A stretch of DNA of 64,000 bases. Source: Chrysomallon squamiferum (lineage: Eukaryota > Animalia > Mollusca). A model generated the notes under the pieces. The model was not told the DNA's origin. It did no database searches and saw nothing but the letters and a program-made list of their open reading frames with translations. Below, in pieces: positions 22,101 to 35,993 of the stretch. Both the position numbers and the translations under genes were made by a program. The DNA lies in the NCBI GenBank assembly GCA_012295275.1, contig CM022671.1, forward strand, positions 27,156,001 to 27,220,000, in the 5' to 3' direction. Within the stretch, counting starts at the first letter, position 1. Each line of letters begins with the position of its first letter.

Positions 22101-25100
22101 TTATAAATAAGATACTTTTTTATATATTTTTTTAAATTACAGCCTGAAGGTGTTTATTTCAATGAAAAATTTACTCATACTGTAGCCTGTCTAGTGGTAA
22201 GTAAAATCAGTTCACATAAGTAGTTGCTTATTAGAATAAATCTGAAACATATTTTTAAATGAAATTAGAGTAACTAATACCACATGGTTTGACATGATTT
22301 TGTATGGATTTGTTAATTTACATGACACCAACATGGGTTAAAAAAAAAAATAAAGTAAAATTATACTTAACACCAGTAAAATGCTTAAGTCTTAAACATT
22401 TTATTATCTTACTATTTACAAAACAGCATGTGTGAAAATTTGATTTTGATTTATAGCTATATATTTACATGAAGATTTAAAATATCATTTAATATATAAC
22501 AAGTTGAATGTTGCCTTCCTCAGCTCTGACTGACTGATTTTTAATCACGTTGCAGTCATTATAACTCAGTTTCAAACACTTAAAAGATTTAACATATTAT
22601 AGTGTTTAATTTTCTGTCTTTAGGGTTGTGTTGTGCAAGTACAAGTAAAGAATGGCGGCTGCTATGAGGGCATTTTTCAAACCATATCTCCAGATGTAAG
22701 TAACACCAAATATATTTTTTTTAAATTTGTTTTGTGTATCAGTAATTATTTTCACAATTACACAAGTCAAAACCTGTTATTATTTGTTTGTCTAGATTAA
22801 TAAAAAGCTAACAATATGCTAGTATGCTTCACTTAAAAGGTATGATTGACATATAAATTTTCAAGAAGCTAGTAAATTCTGCCTTGTTCTTGATGAGATT
22901 GGCATTGTTACAGAAAGTAGCTGATCTAAATCCAAAGTATAGTTTAATTAATTTTATTTTGTGCAGATGGATGTTGTTTTGGAAATGGCTCACAAGCTAG
23001 ATGATGCACCTAGTGGTGATAGAAAATCTTGGAACAATATACCTTCAAAAGACAGAATAATAGATAAAATAGCATTCAAAAAAAGTGATCTGGTTACTCT
23101 TACAGCAATCAATGTAGACTTAGATTATGCAGTCAGGGGTAAGTACTGTTATTTTAATTAAATATTAATTTTATTTAAGAACAGATTATTTGATCGTAAG
23201 TTTTTGAAAATTGAAATTAATTTGTTTTGATGTTTAATTTGTTTTTAAGTATTTTTATAAATATTCCTAGTTTTGCAAAAGTATAACTGATATAATGCCT
23301 ACCATTAAAAAAAATGGCATTATGCTACAAAGTTATTTAAACATTCTGAAGTATAATTTAAGTGAGTTATTTTTTTGTTGCAGTCAGAGCCTGTGATATT
23401 TACATTCTTTTTATCTTGTAGATACTTTCACAGACACAGCAATAAGTCGACATAATGGCCAGGGCCTTTGATTCTGAAGTACGTGAACTGCAGCCATGGG
23501 AATCAGATGGTGGCACAGAATTGGCATTAGACCATGACTCTGTAAGTGTCATAAGTAATCTAAACTAAGTGTGAAAATACCCACACATTGTAGTTCAAAA
23601 TGCTTTTATTTTTATTTTTGTAACTCATGCATTAGCTATATTAAAAAGTTATTTAAATACTTTTATTTACAAAATATTCTCATGTTTCTCATTCTCTCTT
23701 CCACAATCTGATATTACCTTTTTCTTGGTTAGATAACTTGAGACCATGTTTATCATTTACAGTTAACCCATAGTTCTGATGATTGTTTTTCTTATTAGAA
23801 ATTGAAAAATATTTTATATGTGTGTGTGTGTGTATTTCAGAATGGCTGGGATGTACAAGACATGTTTAAAACTAATGCTGAACAGTTTCGTGTTAAATCC
23901 ACTTATGATGAAAGTCTGCAGCAGTACACGTAAGTCAATTAAATCATTTAGTATCCTTAAATGTCATATTGCTTTTACAAATGAAAAATTTAGTTTGTTT
24001 TGTTTTTTAATCTTTCGAACAAATGTGGTAAAAAAACCCACCTAAATTTATCATGATTATTAACTAGGTATCCAAGCTTTGTGAAAATAATAAAAATTGT
24101 GTTTAGCTTCAAATAATTGTAGTTTATTACTGAAATACTTGCTTGTAATTTTGTTTATTTGTTTGGTTTGTTCTGCAGAACACCTCTGAAGAAATCAGAC
24201 ACCAAAGAGTATAAACAGAGGGAACAAGAAGCTGAGAGGTTGTGCAAAGAAATAGAAAAAACTGATGATCATAGAACAAGAAAAGATTTAGAAAATGGTG
24301 ATGGAGATGAAGAATCAAAATTTAGTGCTGTCCATCGTGTACCAGAAAAAGGTTCTGGTAATGGTCCCACTGATAGGTAATTTTTACATCACTTACTAAC
24401 TTACAGTATATGTTCTATATATGCAAATATTTAAATTAGTGTTCAAGATATTAAAATTTTTATTAAGTCAGATATTTTCTTCTTAGCTGAATTGTCTTTC
24501 TGCAACATTCGATAATTCCTCATTATAACTCTACAGATATGAAATAGATTTTCAAACAGAATGTTTATGTAATTCTTATTTTATATTTTTTGGTTTCATA
24601 AATAATCAATAAATAAATACTTTGAAAAGATGTAAAAGCTAATTCATATTTATACTGATATATGTTTTTTTTGTTTTTGTTTTTTTCCCCAGATATGTTC
24701 CTCCACATGGACGGACAGGTGGCTCAAACATGGTCCCACGTAGAGATAATGTACCAAGACATCTGCGTTCAAATGTGCCAAACAATAAACCTTCACATCT
24801 TCCACAGAGAGTGACATCACCACCTGTTGCACAGACTGTGCAAAACATGAGTCCAAATACATCTCAGACTTCAAAAGAGGGCACCACACCGAGTGTCAGT
24901 ATAAATGGAGGTAATTAAAAGTGGTATTTCTTTTGAAAACTGATAGTGAATAAAAGGAAATTAACCCCTTCTTGAGTGATAACATATTTCTGGCAATACT
25001 ACATAACTACATTTTGATATTTTTTATTTTTTTTTTTTTTTTTTTTTTTTTTTATGGCTTTGTGGCTTTTAATAAAAAGAAGTTTATACCAAAATGGTAG

Positions 25101-28100
25101 CAAATAATTTTGTGAAATAAAGAAAGGCAAATATTAGAAAACATCTTTTGACAGCCATCATGTATCTGTAACTATCTACATCAACAGTAACAAAAAAAAA
25201 AAAAAAAAAAAAAAAAAGAATTAGACTTTGTTATTAGTCGATTTTGCAAACAATTTTCAGAAAAAGAAATAAAGCAGAATGAGCCAATAGCAGTGAAAAC
25301 TAGTCCAGAATTAACTTCAGTTCATGCTGGTAATCTGTCATCGCCCACTAGCTCTAGTAATACAGAAACTAAACAAGAAACTTCTGTGCAATCACCCAAC
25401 AATACACTGCACTGGAAAGGTGGCGACAGGAGGAATTCTAATTCAAAAGGTAAACATAATCTTACTCTGTTATATTCAGGATTGTCAAGAAATCAGTTGA
25501 AAAAAAGAAAAAGGACCCAGAATCAGGGAAAGGTCATTGCATTTATTAAAGGTTAGAGTTACAAAGAAAAGTTTTATATTGTAATATGGGCATTTTGAGC
25601 CATATGATTTTTTTAATTATCTTTAAATTTCCTTCCAGCTGTTTCTCAGTTTTTATTTGATTAGTTATCTTACTATGCCAAATTCATTTTAAAAGATTTA
25701 TTTTTGTTTTGGGTACTGTCAGTTCAAATTAATATCTTTTTTAAGCTTAGACAGCTTTTCATGACATTAATTTCTTTTAGTTTTTTTACTTTATAATTTC
25801 TTTTAATGGCTCTGTTGTTTGAGAGCAGTATCTGTTACACTGAACTGAAGTTCTCTTGGAATTATAATATTTATTCTTTCTTTTTAGGGAAAGAAGCAAT
25901 AAATTCTGAATTGAGAGAATTTAACAAAAATTTTAAGGTAAGCTTTAATGTTTTCTTCACCACCTTAGTTTGAATGAAACAGTTCCCTACAAGTAGAATA
26001 AACTAATTATGAATTTTTAAAAATTTTAAATAATTAATTTTGGAATTTAATTACAAATCTTTTAAAAGAAGTAAGATTATTTCGTTTTTCTTGATATATA
26101 ATAACTTTTTATACATTGATATGTGGGTTTGCAAGGCTGTTTTTTTTTTTTCTTCTTCAAATAGACATTATTGTGCCTTGCATATCTCCATTAAGTGTTT
26201 GATCAACATAAAACTTTATCATATTGTTTGTTGTTTTGATAGATTGCAAATCCTAAAGAGAAAGAAAGTAAAGTAGTTTCCGAGTCACAGGAAGAACTTC
26301 AACCAGAAGAAGATACAGCAGTTGAGGAATCACCAAAAGCAAAATTAGCAGAGTGAGTATTTTGCGTTCCATTCCTTGCCAGTTAAAAAACCAATTTGTT
26401 GGTTATCACTGTTTCATTAATATAATGCTTGTGTTGTTGCTACATGGGTCTTGCAATTGCACTGTTTTGTGGTGATGATTGTGAATGGTGTTTTCTCCAT
26501 CTGTATGACAAGTTGGCTGGCAAACACAAATGTTTGTTTTGTTTAACATGTGGGATCATGTACTGTGTAATAATGTTAGTTAATGAAGTAATGAAACAGA
26601 TTTTCTTTAAGACCATTTATGATTTAATACAGTTAGAAAAGTCATTTAAAAGTTAGTAACTACAAATTACTGTTGGTGCTAGCAGTTGAATATTCTGTTG
26701 TAATGATCAAAATAAAACTGATGCACATTCATTCTTGGTAAAATGTGCCCATACCTGAATATTACATTATAGCCAGTACAGATGTAATGTTAGTTGACAG
26801 TATCAATAGTTGGTTAGGGAAATAATTTGAAGTTTGTTTCTTAACAAAATTTTTATTTCTTTAAAAATAAATTCATTTCATTATAATGTTGTTTTTCTTT
26901 TTTTTAATCTTTGGTTTTTTAGAATTGTAAATAAAATCAATATTGTGCATAAGTAATTGAAATTTTATGTTTTTAGAATAAAGGAATATTAAAAAGAATG
27001 ATGTGTATCTTTAATGATTATTATTATTATTTTGTTTTTTTTGGTTATTTTAAATTTCTGTATAGAAATGATTTCTGTTTTAGAAAATCTACTCTTAACC
27101 CAATGGCAAGAGAATTTGTGCCTGTTAAGCAACCACCTGTGAGTATCATTGAATCTTCTGTTAAACTGAAAGTTGATATTTAAGTTAAAGGCATGTTTAT
27201 AAAACATTTTGAATTAATATTTGTAAAAATGGTAAATACTAATTTCTGGGTGATAATGTGTTGTTTTGTGTGGGTTTTTTTTTTTGTGTGAGGGTTTAAA
27301 AAAAAAAAAAAATTATTTTTCTAATTAATAGTTACATGCTAAAATAAGAATACAAAAATGGATAAGTTGCATATATTATATAAATGTTACAAAGTACAAG
27401 CTTTATGTGTAGGTATTAATATTTTGTGTATTTAAATGATGTATTACAAGCCAAGTAAATTGATTTTTCTGTTTTTTCAGAATACTTTTTTTTATCTTTT
27501 CTTTTGTTTAATAATTTGATATTTTTTTTTTTTTTTTTTTTTAGAAGCAGCCAGTACCTCAGACCCCAACCCCACCTAGGCCGCAGACACAAAGTCCTGT
27601 TGTACAGCCTATGCAAGTGCCTCTCCAACCTATTATGATTTCTGCCAACTTCATGCCAGTTGGACCACACCAGCCTGCACCTACACAGCCACCACGATTC
27701 TCTAAACGAGCAGGTACTTAAATATTTATTGAATCAGAGTTTTTGTTTATACTCATTTTTTATGTTATTCACTTTATTATTAAACAAAATTTTATCTGTA
27801 TGTATATATGTATATTTCATGTTTATGTTTGATTTTACCAACAAGTAACAAAATGAAATGATAATTAACTTTGAAAGTTGCTGTTAAGTGAAATGTAATT
27901 TTGTTTAATTTCTGCTAGGTATTCCCATTCAACCTCGATCTGACTACTCAGCGGCAGTGCAGCATGCTACAGGCCAGCCACTGCTGGCTCAAGCTTCTGT
28001 GACCCCTCAACAATTAATGTACATGCCCCACGTCATACCACAGGGTGCACCAACCAGTTACCAGGTGAGTTCTAGATTAAAAATACATAGAAGGAGATTT

Positions 28101-31100
28101 TGAAATGTTTTTAAATACCATTAGTAAATCTTATTCATTGTCTGCTTTGTTTTCCAGTGGTTTATTTTGGCATTTATTAATTTATTCTGGTCTGCTTTTG
28201 TTGTAGATGATGTCGGTCCAAGCAAATCCGAACAGAATGGTGGCACCAACATCTATGCAGATCAGTGCAGCACATCCTGGTGGAATGGATCCAAACCAAG
28301 CTGCTGGACAGCTCGCCCACTCTCCGCAAATTTATAGTAGGCACTTGTTTGTTGGATAGTATTAGTTAGCTGGGTCTTCAAGGGCAGATCTAGGATTTGG
28401 GAAGATGAGGTTTGATTGCTGTATAATGTGATCTCACTTCATTACTGCAGTTCATGCATTACAGTATACATAGATTTTTTTAATAAATGATTCTGGTGGA
28501 TGCAGGTGTGACATCTAATCTGAAAAACCAAATTGGGATTGGTTCACATTATTGAAGATGGGTTTTCATTTGATGACTGATGAAGTATTTACACAATAAG
28601 GTCACTGATTTATAATTAGTGAATGATATAAAAACATAAAACACTTTAAAGTTCAGTAGACTGATGGAATTTCTTCATTTAGGAGGTTTCTCATTATGAG
28701 TATGCTAATTTATCATTAGTTCTGTATTCAGAGCAGCAAACTACGACTTTTCATTTCTGTGTACTAATCTAATTTATTACCTTTTTTTTAAAAATAATTT
28801 CAGTGACTCCACCAGGCCCAGTCCCTGCCCATGTAAACCCACATGTTCCTGGTCAGCCAATGTCGCACCCACAACCAGCCCATATTGGGCCAGTCCCAGC
28901 TGGCAACCCACAGAACCAGGCAGGACAGATGACCCCGGTGTCTGGACCTCATCCAGCTCCAAGTCCTATCCAGCACAACACTGGTCCTGGCGGTCAGCAG
29001 CAGCATCAAGGACCACCACAATCAGGGACTCCACAGCCTCCAGTTAATTATCCTCAAATAAGTTTGCAGGTATGTTTTTGAAAAATAATGTCATACAGCA
29101 TTTCTGCAGACATAAGTAACAATATATTTTTATCTTGGTTCAGAATCATACTGATGTTAGGGGGTAAAAAAATTAATAGTTTTGTATCTTCTTTTGACAG
29201 GGTCATCCACAACTGCATTCAGGATCCCAGAATCCAGCCTCTCCTCAAGGGATGCACCCTGCTTCTATGCCATATGCCACTCATGCTCATATACAGGGTG
29301 GACCACAATTTACATTTACACAAGCACAACAACCCACTTCTGTTAGCCACACCATGCACACACACACACATTCGCCACACATACATACACAACCACAGTT
29401 TGTAGTGATGCCACATCCACCTCCACACAACCAAATTCAACATGCACATGTACAGCCGCAGTTTCAACCATCAGGCCAACATCCTATAGGAGGTAATTAG
29501 TCTGATCTTTAAACGGAATTAATGAGTAAATAAATGTCTTCACTGAAAATCTGAAAATAGATTTTGAATTGATTTTATATAGCACTTAATTTCTGAAATA
29601 CAATTTACTGTAAATAGATAATTTTTACTATTATCAGTAACTTTTTGTATATGTATATATATATGTGTGTGTGTATTTTTATTTTTATTTTTATTTTTTT
29701 TTTAAATTCAACTTTTATAATTGATGAATTTACACTGTTTACAAGAGCTATTTATTGCACGTCTAATTACTGGTAATTAATATGTGTTTACGTTAATTGT
29801 TACATCTTTCCCAATGATAAAGCTGATGCATTTCTTCCAATAGGTGGCCCAACTCCTGTTCATGGTCAGAGCCATTTGATCCAGCACTCTGGCATGCCTA
29901 CAGCTATCCCAGTGTCTGCAGCCTCTGGAATGCACCCTTCTCAACTTCACTATGTTCCTCAAGGTACGTACTGTCGTCCAGCAGTACGCCACACCGCCAG
30001 CCTAGGACTCGTCAGTACATGTCAGTATCTGTTTTGTTTGTTGCATGCAGCATGATTCAGCTGGCATGTCACCAGATGTGTGCAGAGATGCTCACATGGC
30101 TTTCTTGAAGCATTCTCATGCTGCCAGCATGGAAACAGCTGCAGAACAAATAAAAAAAAAAAATTTAAATTTAAAAAAATAATAGCAACAAAAGTAATGT
30201 ACTAAAAAAAAAAAATGAATATTTTGAATAATAACAACAAAAAGTCAAAAGTTTGTTGCTCTGGAAACCACTGAATTGGTCAAAGAATATGTTATTCAAA
30301 ATTAAACAATATTAAATTATATACATTAAAATGTTTACAAAATTAGCAGTATAGTAAAAGTTAGTGATGGAAAAAGCTGAGAAGTTTCCCAAATAATAAT
30401 AATTTTAAAATCATGTCATTAGGTAGTGATAAGAACTTGAATTGTTTTTACAAAATTGTGATTATCTGCTACTTGATTTCTTTGAGGGTTTTGTGCATTT
30501 TTCTACCATAATGACAGATAAATATTTTTAGCAATAAATCTTTAAAGCTGGATATAAGCTAAATATCTTGAAGTAAAAAAATTGTTTTTAACATTTAATA
30601 GAAGATGTAGTCTTACGTTCTGTATAAAATGACTTCATTAAAGTGATCAGACTGTTTCTGCCCTAAACTGAATATTTGATAATTTCCCACTGAAGAAAAT
30701 TAGAGTTCATTTTACTAACAGAATAGTGTTCAGTGTTAAATAAGTGGCTGCTTTTAGAGATCCTTAATTGTTATTACTTCACCTGGGTAATGTCATAAAA
30801 CCTAAGGACAGGAATAATTGAAAATGATAATTGTGTAATAATGTTTGTTGAGAAATTCTGTTCAAGGTATTAAATCCTGACTGAAATAAACTTGTATAAT
30901 TTGGGCTACAACAGTTTTTAACTATTAACTGCATTCCCACCAAAAAGAAAAGAAACTTCCCCATGTTTTTGGTTTCAAACATTAGTTTGTGTGTATCCTT
31001 CCTATTCTTTCAGTTCTTATAAAATCCTTTATCCTATGCATTGTGGCTATAGTTGCTTGAGTAGCATGAAGTGTGGTTTCCAGCTAGCAGAAATATAATT

Positions 31101-31754
31101 AATTTAAAACATCTGTGTTTTTGTCTTATGAAACTAAATCATCTTTATGTTTCTCTTCAGAAAAACTTTTATTTCTGTTATCATCGTGTGAAATTAGTAG
31201 AAAGGTCACACTGCTTGTCATTATTCCACTTAGTTGTTTTTTGTCAAAGGTGTCACTTTCTAAGTGAAAAATTAACATCAAAAGAAAACAATAAATAAAT
31301 AAATATATGTATGTATGCATATTACTTTGCAACACTTTGTCTGAAGGTAAAAATGCACATTTTTCAATAAGTAATTTTCAAGGAAAAATACAGATGACAG
31401 TTGCAATGGATTTGACAGTACTGACATCATGTTGCTTTAATATACTTCTTTAGTTATGTTATTCATCATTTGTTCAGTAGATACCCTTGCAAGTAACACA
31501 CCAGCATGCATATTTACATACATGCATATTCTTTGTACTTCAGATAGAATATTTGCAGCTATCTGTGTTAGGTGCTTAAGTGTTTTGTAATTGAATTAAA
31601 TTATTTTCAGTCACCTTTATATTTTTCAGTATACCTTAAACAAACATTGTCAGATAGCTGTAGAAATGTTTGTACACGTCTTAATATTTTAACTTTGCAT
31701 TTTACAGTGCCATCCCAGGCTGCACCTGTACCATCTTATCCACAGGGCCAGTGA
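19152..31754 (+). CDS. ATXN2: Ataxin-2 (LSm, LsmAD, PAM2, Q/P/H-rich C-terminus), 20 coding exons, about 869 aa if the single +1 frame break in exon 6 is corrected or bypassed
   Basis: Exons: 19152-19228, 21824-21860, 22143-22196, 22624-22695, 22967-23138, 23422-23541, 23841-23929, 24179-24376, 24693-24910, 25261-25449, 25888-25937, 26243-26352, 27084-27138, 27545-27713, 27919-28064, 28207-28336, 28804-29069, 29201-29492, 29844-29963, 31708-31754. Motifs: VKNGGCYEGIF (LSm), DTFTDTAIS, ELQPW, NGWDVQDMFKTN...STYDESLQQYT and EESKFSAV (LsmAD), ELREFNKNFK, KSTLNPMAREFVP (PAM2), ATGQPLLA. The total is 2611 nt (3n+1), with an in-frame TGA at 23469-23471. Confidence 0.9.
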
Positions 31755-31793
31755 GTGCCTGCATCAGTAGTGTGGATTAGACTGAAGTGTGTG

Positions 31794-32071
31794 GTAAGTT
31801 TCTTCTCTGATCTTAATCTTCGTTTTACATAATAGAAAACTATTGAGTGAAAATGTCATTCTGCAGTAGATGTGTTGTTTAAGTCAAAATGAAAACTTTA
31901 TCTATATATGAATATATTTTAATGTTTTTTTAAATATAATAAAAACAAATTTAAAAACTTGAGCGTTTTTGATCACATAAATAAAATATCAAATGTAGTT
32001 TTATTTTTAATATTTGTATTAGTAATAAAACTTCGGTATTAAATGATTTTTTTTTTTTTTTCCCTTTTTAG
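31794..32071 (+). other. Probable 3'UTR intron of ATXN2
   Basis: Consensus donor G|GTAAGT lies 39 nt after the stop codon, and a long polypyrimidine tract followed by TAG ends at 32071. Confidence 0.6.
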
Positions 32072-33435
32072 ATTGATTTGGATTTTCTTACCTGGCAGTC
32101 ATTGACGTGTGACCCAAATGTTTGTTTTTTTCCAACAAAATGAACAAGAACAAAAAAAATGACGTAAAGAAAAAAAAAAAAAATTAAAAAGGTTTTTTCT
32201 ATTTTTTTTTTTTTTAATTATATTCCAAAAAGAGGAAGAAACTGAAATTTAATTTAAATTTGTTACTTTCTGTGAAATTCCCTAAGATCATTTTCTGACA
32301 ACTTGAAAAATGACAAAGGAAACCAGAATGAATGTGAAAACATAAAATTTCACCAAGGATTTACTTACAAAGAACAGTTCGTTTTGTGCAGATCCTAGTG
32401 GAAAGCCTATTCACCAGTTCCCTAAGATATTACGTGATTTCAGTTTTCTTACTTCAAGATTTAATTTTGACCCACATACATTTTTTTTATTTTTATTTTT
32501 TATAAAAATTCCATTTTTAATTGTTGACAAGCAAATTAACTAATCTTCTCGAAAAAATTCTTCAGTGCTTACCTTATTTTATAAAATTAAAAAATAAATT
32601 CCTGTGGATTTAAATTTCATTTCAGGTGCTCAAGTTGAAAACAAGTTGCTTTCTGAAAGTCAGTAATGTAAAATAAACCTTCACATAGAGATTACTTTTA
32701 TTTTTACTGATAATTGTTGGCAAGGGTATTATCCTAGAAAAATTAATAAACATGGTCTATGTTTGTTTGAAATTTAATATCAAAGAAAACCAAAACAAAA
32801 AGTACTCCATAAATATATTGTTTTCAGTTCTGCACAAATGTAGGCCTGATGATCCATTTAAAAAAAAATCAAATAATACATTTCTTCTGTATTTCACTTT
32901 ATCTGTTCCCTCCCCTCTGTTTTTCATATGTTTATAAATAAAAAAACAACTAAATAAAGATGAAATTTGCACTGTCGGCGTTTGGCAATTTACAGTAAAA
33001 GTGATTACTCTAATTACAATATCTCATTTCAGATTTTAGTTAAGAATAAAGTTTAGGTTAATCATTGCAGTTTCATTAGAATGTTCGATAAACAAATTTC
33101 ATTAATACAAATTAACTAAGTGTCTGCCTTTTTAACTTTTTGTTTTTACCTCAATTCCCACATTTCTGTAAGAGCAAGATTTATATTAACTAGTGCTGTG
33201 ACTTGGTGAAGTTGTCTGTTGTTCCATTCATTGTGATGGCATGCATATCTGTCTGTAGTTACATCTGAAACTGATTCTGTCACTGAAAGGAAAATGGTGT
33301 CTTAATATAGGTCCATTTCATTTTTTCCATTTCTAAAATTTCTGCATCAATCTATGCAAGCTGTTCTCTGAACAGATCAACTTCTCATTCCCAAAACATT
33401 TCACTGTATATAATCGTCATTTTTTAAAAAAAAAA

Positions 33436-33485
<50 letters not shown>

Positions 33486-35950
33486 AAATGTAAAAAAAAA
33501 AAAAAAGTTTTAAAAAAAATATGATCACTTGTGAAATTTTCATTATCATTGATCGTATATGTTTTTCATATCCTGTACAAAAATTAAGAATTTCATCATC
33601 TTGATGCAGAAAAAAGTATGTTCAGAATAGCAGCATTTATATAAAGCTTTTTTATTCTGAGAAATCATTGGGGAGGAAGAGATGGTCATTAATTAATTAT
33701 GATGATTACATAGTGGTTAGGCATTTAAAAATAATACTAAGTTTATTTTACCATAATCAATGTGTATCCGCTATAGAAAAAGTGAAATATCATGAACACT
33801 AAATAATTTGACAATCAATTTTTTACATTTTTTTTTGTTGAAATCTTAGAATTTAAAATTCAAAAATGTGTCTGTATTTGTTTCATTGGAATAGGTTTAA
33901 GTATTTTATTTGTAACTCTAATGTCATACCATATAAAATCTCAGTAGATGCTGGTCATTCAACCAGAGTTGTGTATTTTTTTTAATTTTTAATTTATTTT
34001 TTGTTAATTTTTTTCTAATTGTTAGTGTGTAATCGTTAAAATCATGTAATTATTATAGCACATTCAGAGATGATAAGTTTCCATTCAAAAATATTGGTTC
34101 ATCCAGAATTGCTAACCATTCTGATAATGCTTTTGGTGAAAAGCATTTGTTTTTAATTAACTGATCATTTAAGATTGTGAATTCATTGTTAAGCTTTATT
34201 GTAGAAGACACATTCTTTCCCTTCAGTGACAGATATCAGGTACAGATAGACACATTTTATCTGCTGCAGACTGTCGTTGTCAGAATGTTTCAGTATAAAA
34301 CAGAAAAAAAGACAATTCAGTCTGCTGAAGTATAAGGCAATAAGTGTATGGCTCTATATTTTTATCAGTGAGCAAGTTTGTGTGCATTAAGTATTATTTA
34401 AATCAAATATCATAAATGTTTATCATAAAACAGCTCTCTGTAGCTCAGTTACATAATTAAGAAATGCAAATAGCAACATTATAAAAAAAAAAAAAACACT
34501 AAAAAAAAACATTGTTTAACCAAGCATTTCAAAATGATTATCATTCATCTGATTTAAAAAATGCATTACAAATATAGCAAAACAAACCATCCAGATGCTA
34601 ATTCTAGTAACTAATAAGAGATCTTGTTTTAACAACTGAAAATAAAACCATGAGTTAATAAATTATTTTATTTTTTTTATTTTTTATTATTTTTTTATAT
34701 ATATAATTGTTGTCCAGATGGAAGAGAGCTAGCTAAAAAAAAAAATATCTGATGATGATGTGTGCAGTCTTTATAAAACCTGGGAGTAGATGTGTTTGTC
34801 AGAATCACTATTAAACCATTGGTAACAGCTGATTTCTGTTACCCTCATACCACTTGTTTTACTAGTTTTGACAGTCCATACATTATACAGGTTGTTGCCA
34901 TTGTTTGAAGAATATTTTTTAGATTTAATTATTTATTATTACTTTGTTAAGCTGAAAAAAGCCACATACAAATTTTCATTAATAGTGATTTCATAGTGTG
35001 TAATGATGATGCTGATTATTTACTGTTATTATTATTGTTATTGTTATTATTTATTATTATTATTTATTATTTTTATTTCTTTTATACATTTGTTTGTCTA
35101 ACTACTGGGTAAAAAAACGTAATGATTCTGAATTTGTAAAACTGATATACTTTGGTTTTAGCTTCTCAAAGGTGCAGTGCTTGGGAAACAGCATTTAAAA
35201 CTTTAAAAAAAAAAAAGAATTTTATTATTAAAATATGACAGTAAATCTGAATGTAATGAAATTTTGTTTTAATATTTAGCAACAGAAGACTACATTTTCA
35301 TTGTTTTAATTGTGATAAAATGAAAATATTTGCAGACTTAACATGCCAAATAAATGTCACTGTTATTTTTAAACAAATAATTCCACATGTTCTGATCTTT
35401 ATACAATATAACTGAGAAATTTGTGTTTTAAAAAACAAAATAACATACAATTTAGTTCCACAAGAACATTGACTCTTGGAGATTATTCCACATTATGAAG
35501 CAAATCTATGCAGCTTTGTGAATCTTGAACTATTTTATCCAATTTCAGAGAAAATTACATTTTTTTTTTTTAATCTTTTTCTCACAAATAATACTAAAAT
35601 ATCATCAGCTATCGGCAGAAGATACAGCTTGACATCCTTAACATTTGTTGGGGTTACATCTCTTGTTGTTACCATCTTAATGTGAGAAAGTAGGTTCAGG
35701 CAAGAGCTAGATTTCTTACCTGTACTTGAACCAACATTATTTATAAAAGAAATCATTCGTAGTAATTTTGATTGTTTTTGAATTAAAGGTCAAAATTAAT
35801 GGTTTAAAGAAAAATTAAATCTTTATGCTTAGATGATACTTTCTGGAGTTAATCTAACAACAGTGGATCAAGTAAAAGATAAGGAGTCTTTATATTATAC
35901 AAGTTAATGTATTTGAACTTCCTGAAACACAGTATTGTCAATACATTACA

Positions 35951-35993
<43 letters not shown>

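Noticed and set aside
2469-23111. Uncollapsed haplotypes as the sole explanation of the repeats
   Set aside because: There are three distinct versions, each with private variants, plus novel junction filler and independent disabling lesions. Read-level confirmation is still needed.
23375-23421. Alternative upstream acceptor (CAG ending at 23383) rescuing the ATXN2 frame
   Set aside because: It runs into an in-frame TAG at 23419-23421 and would lose the conserved DxFTD frame.
23469-23486. Selenocysteine insertion or stop-codon read-through at the ATXN2 TGA
   Set aside because: Frame 0 hits further TGAs at 23475 and 23484, and the conserved ELQPW is in the +1 frame, so read-through cannot restore the protein.
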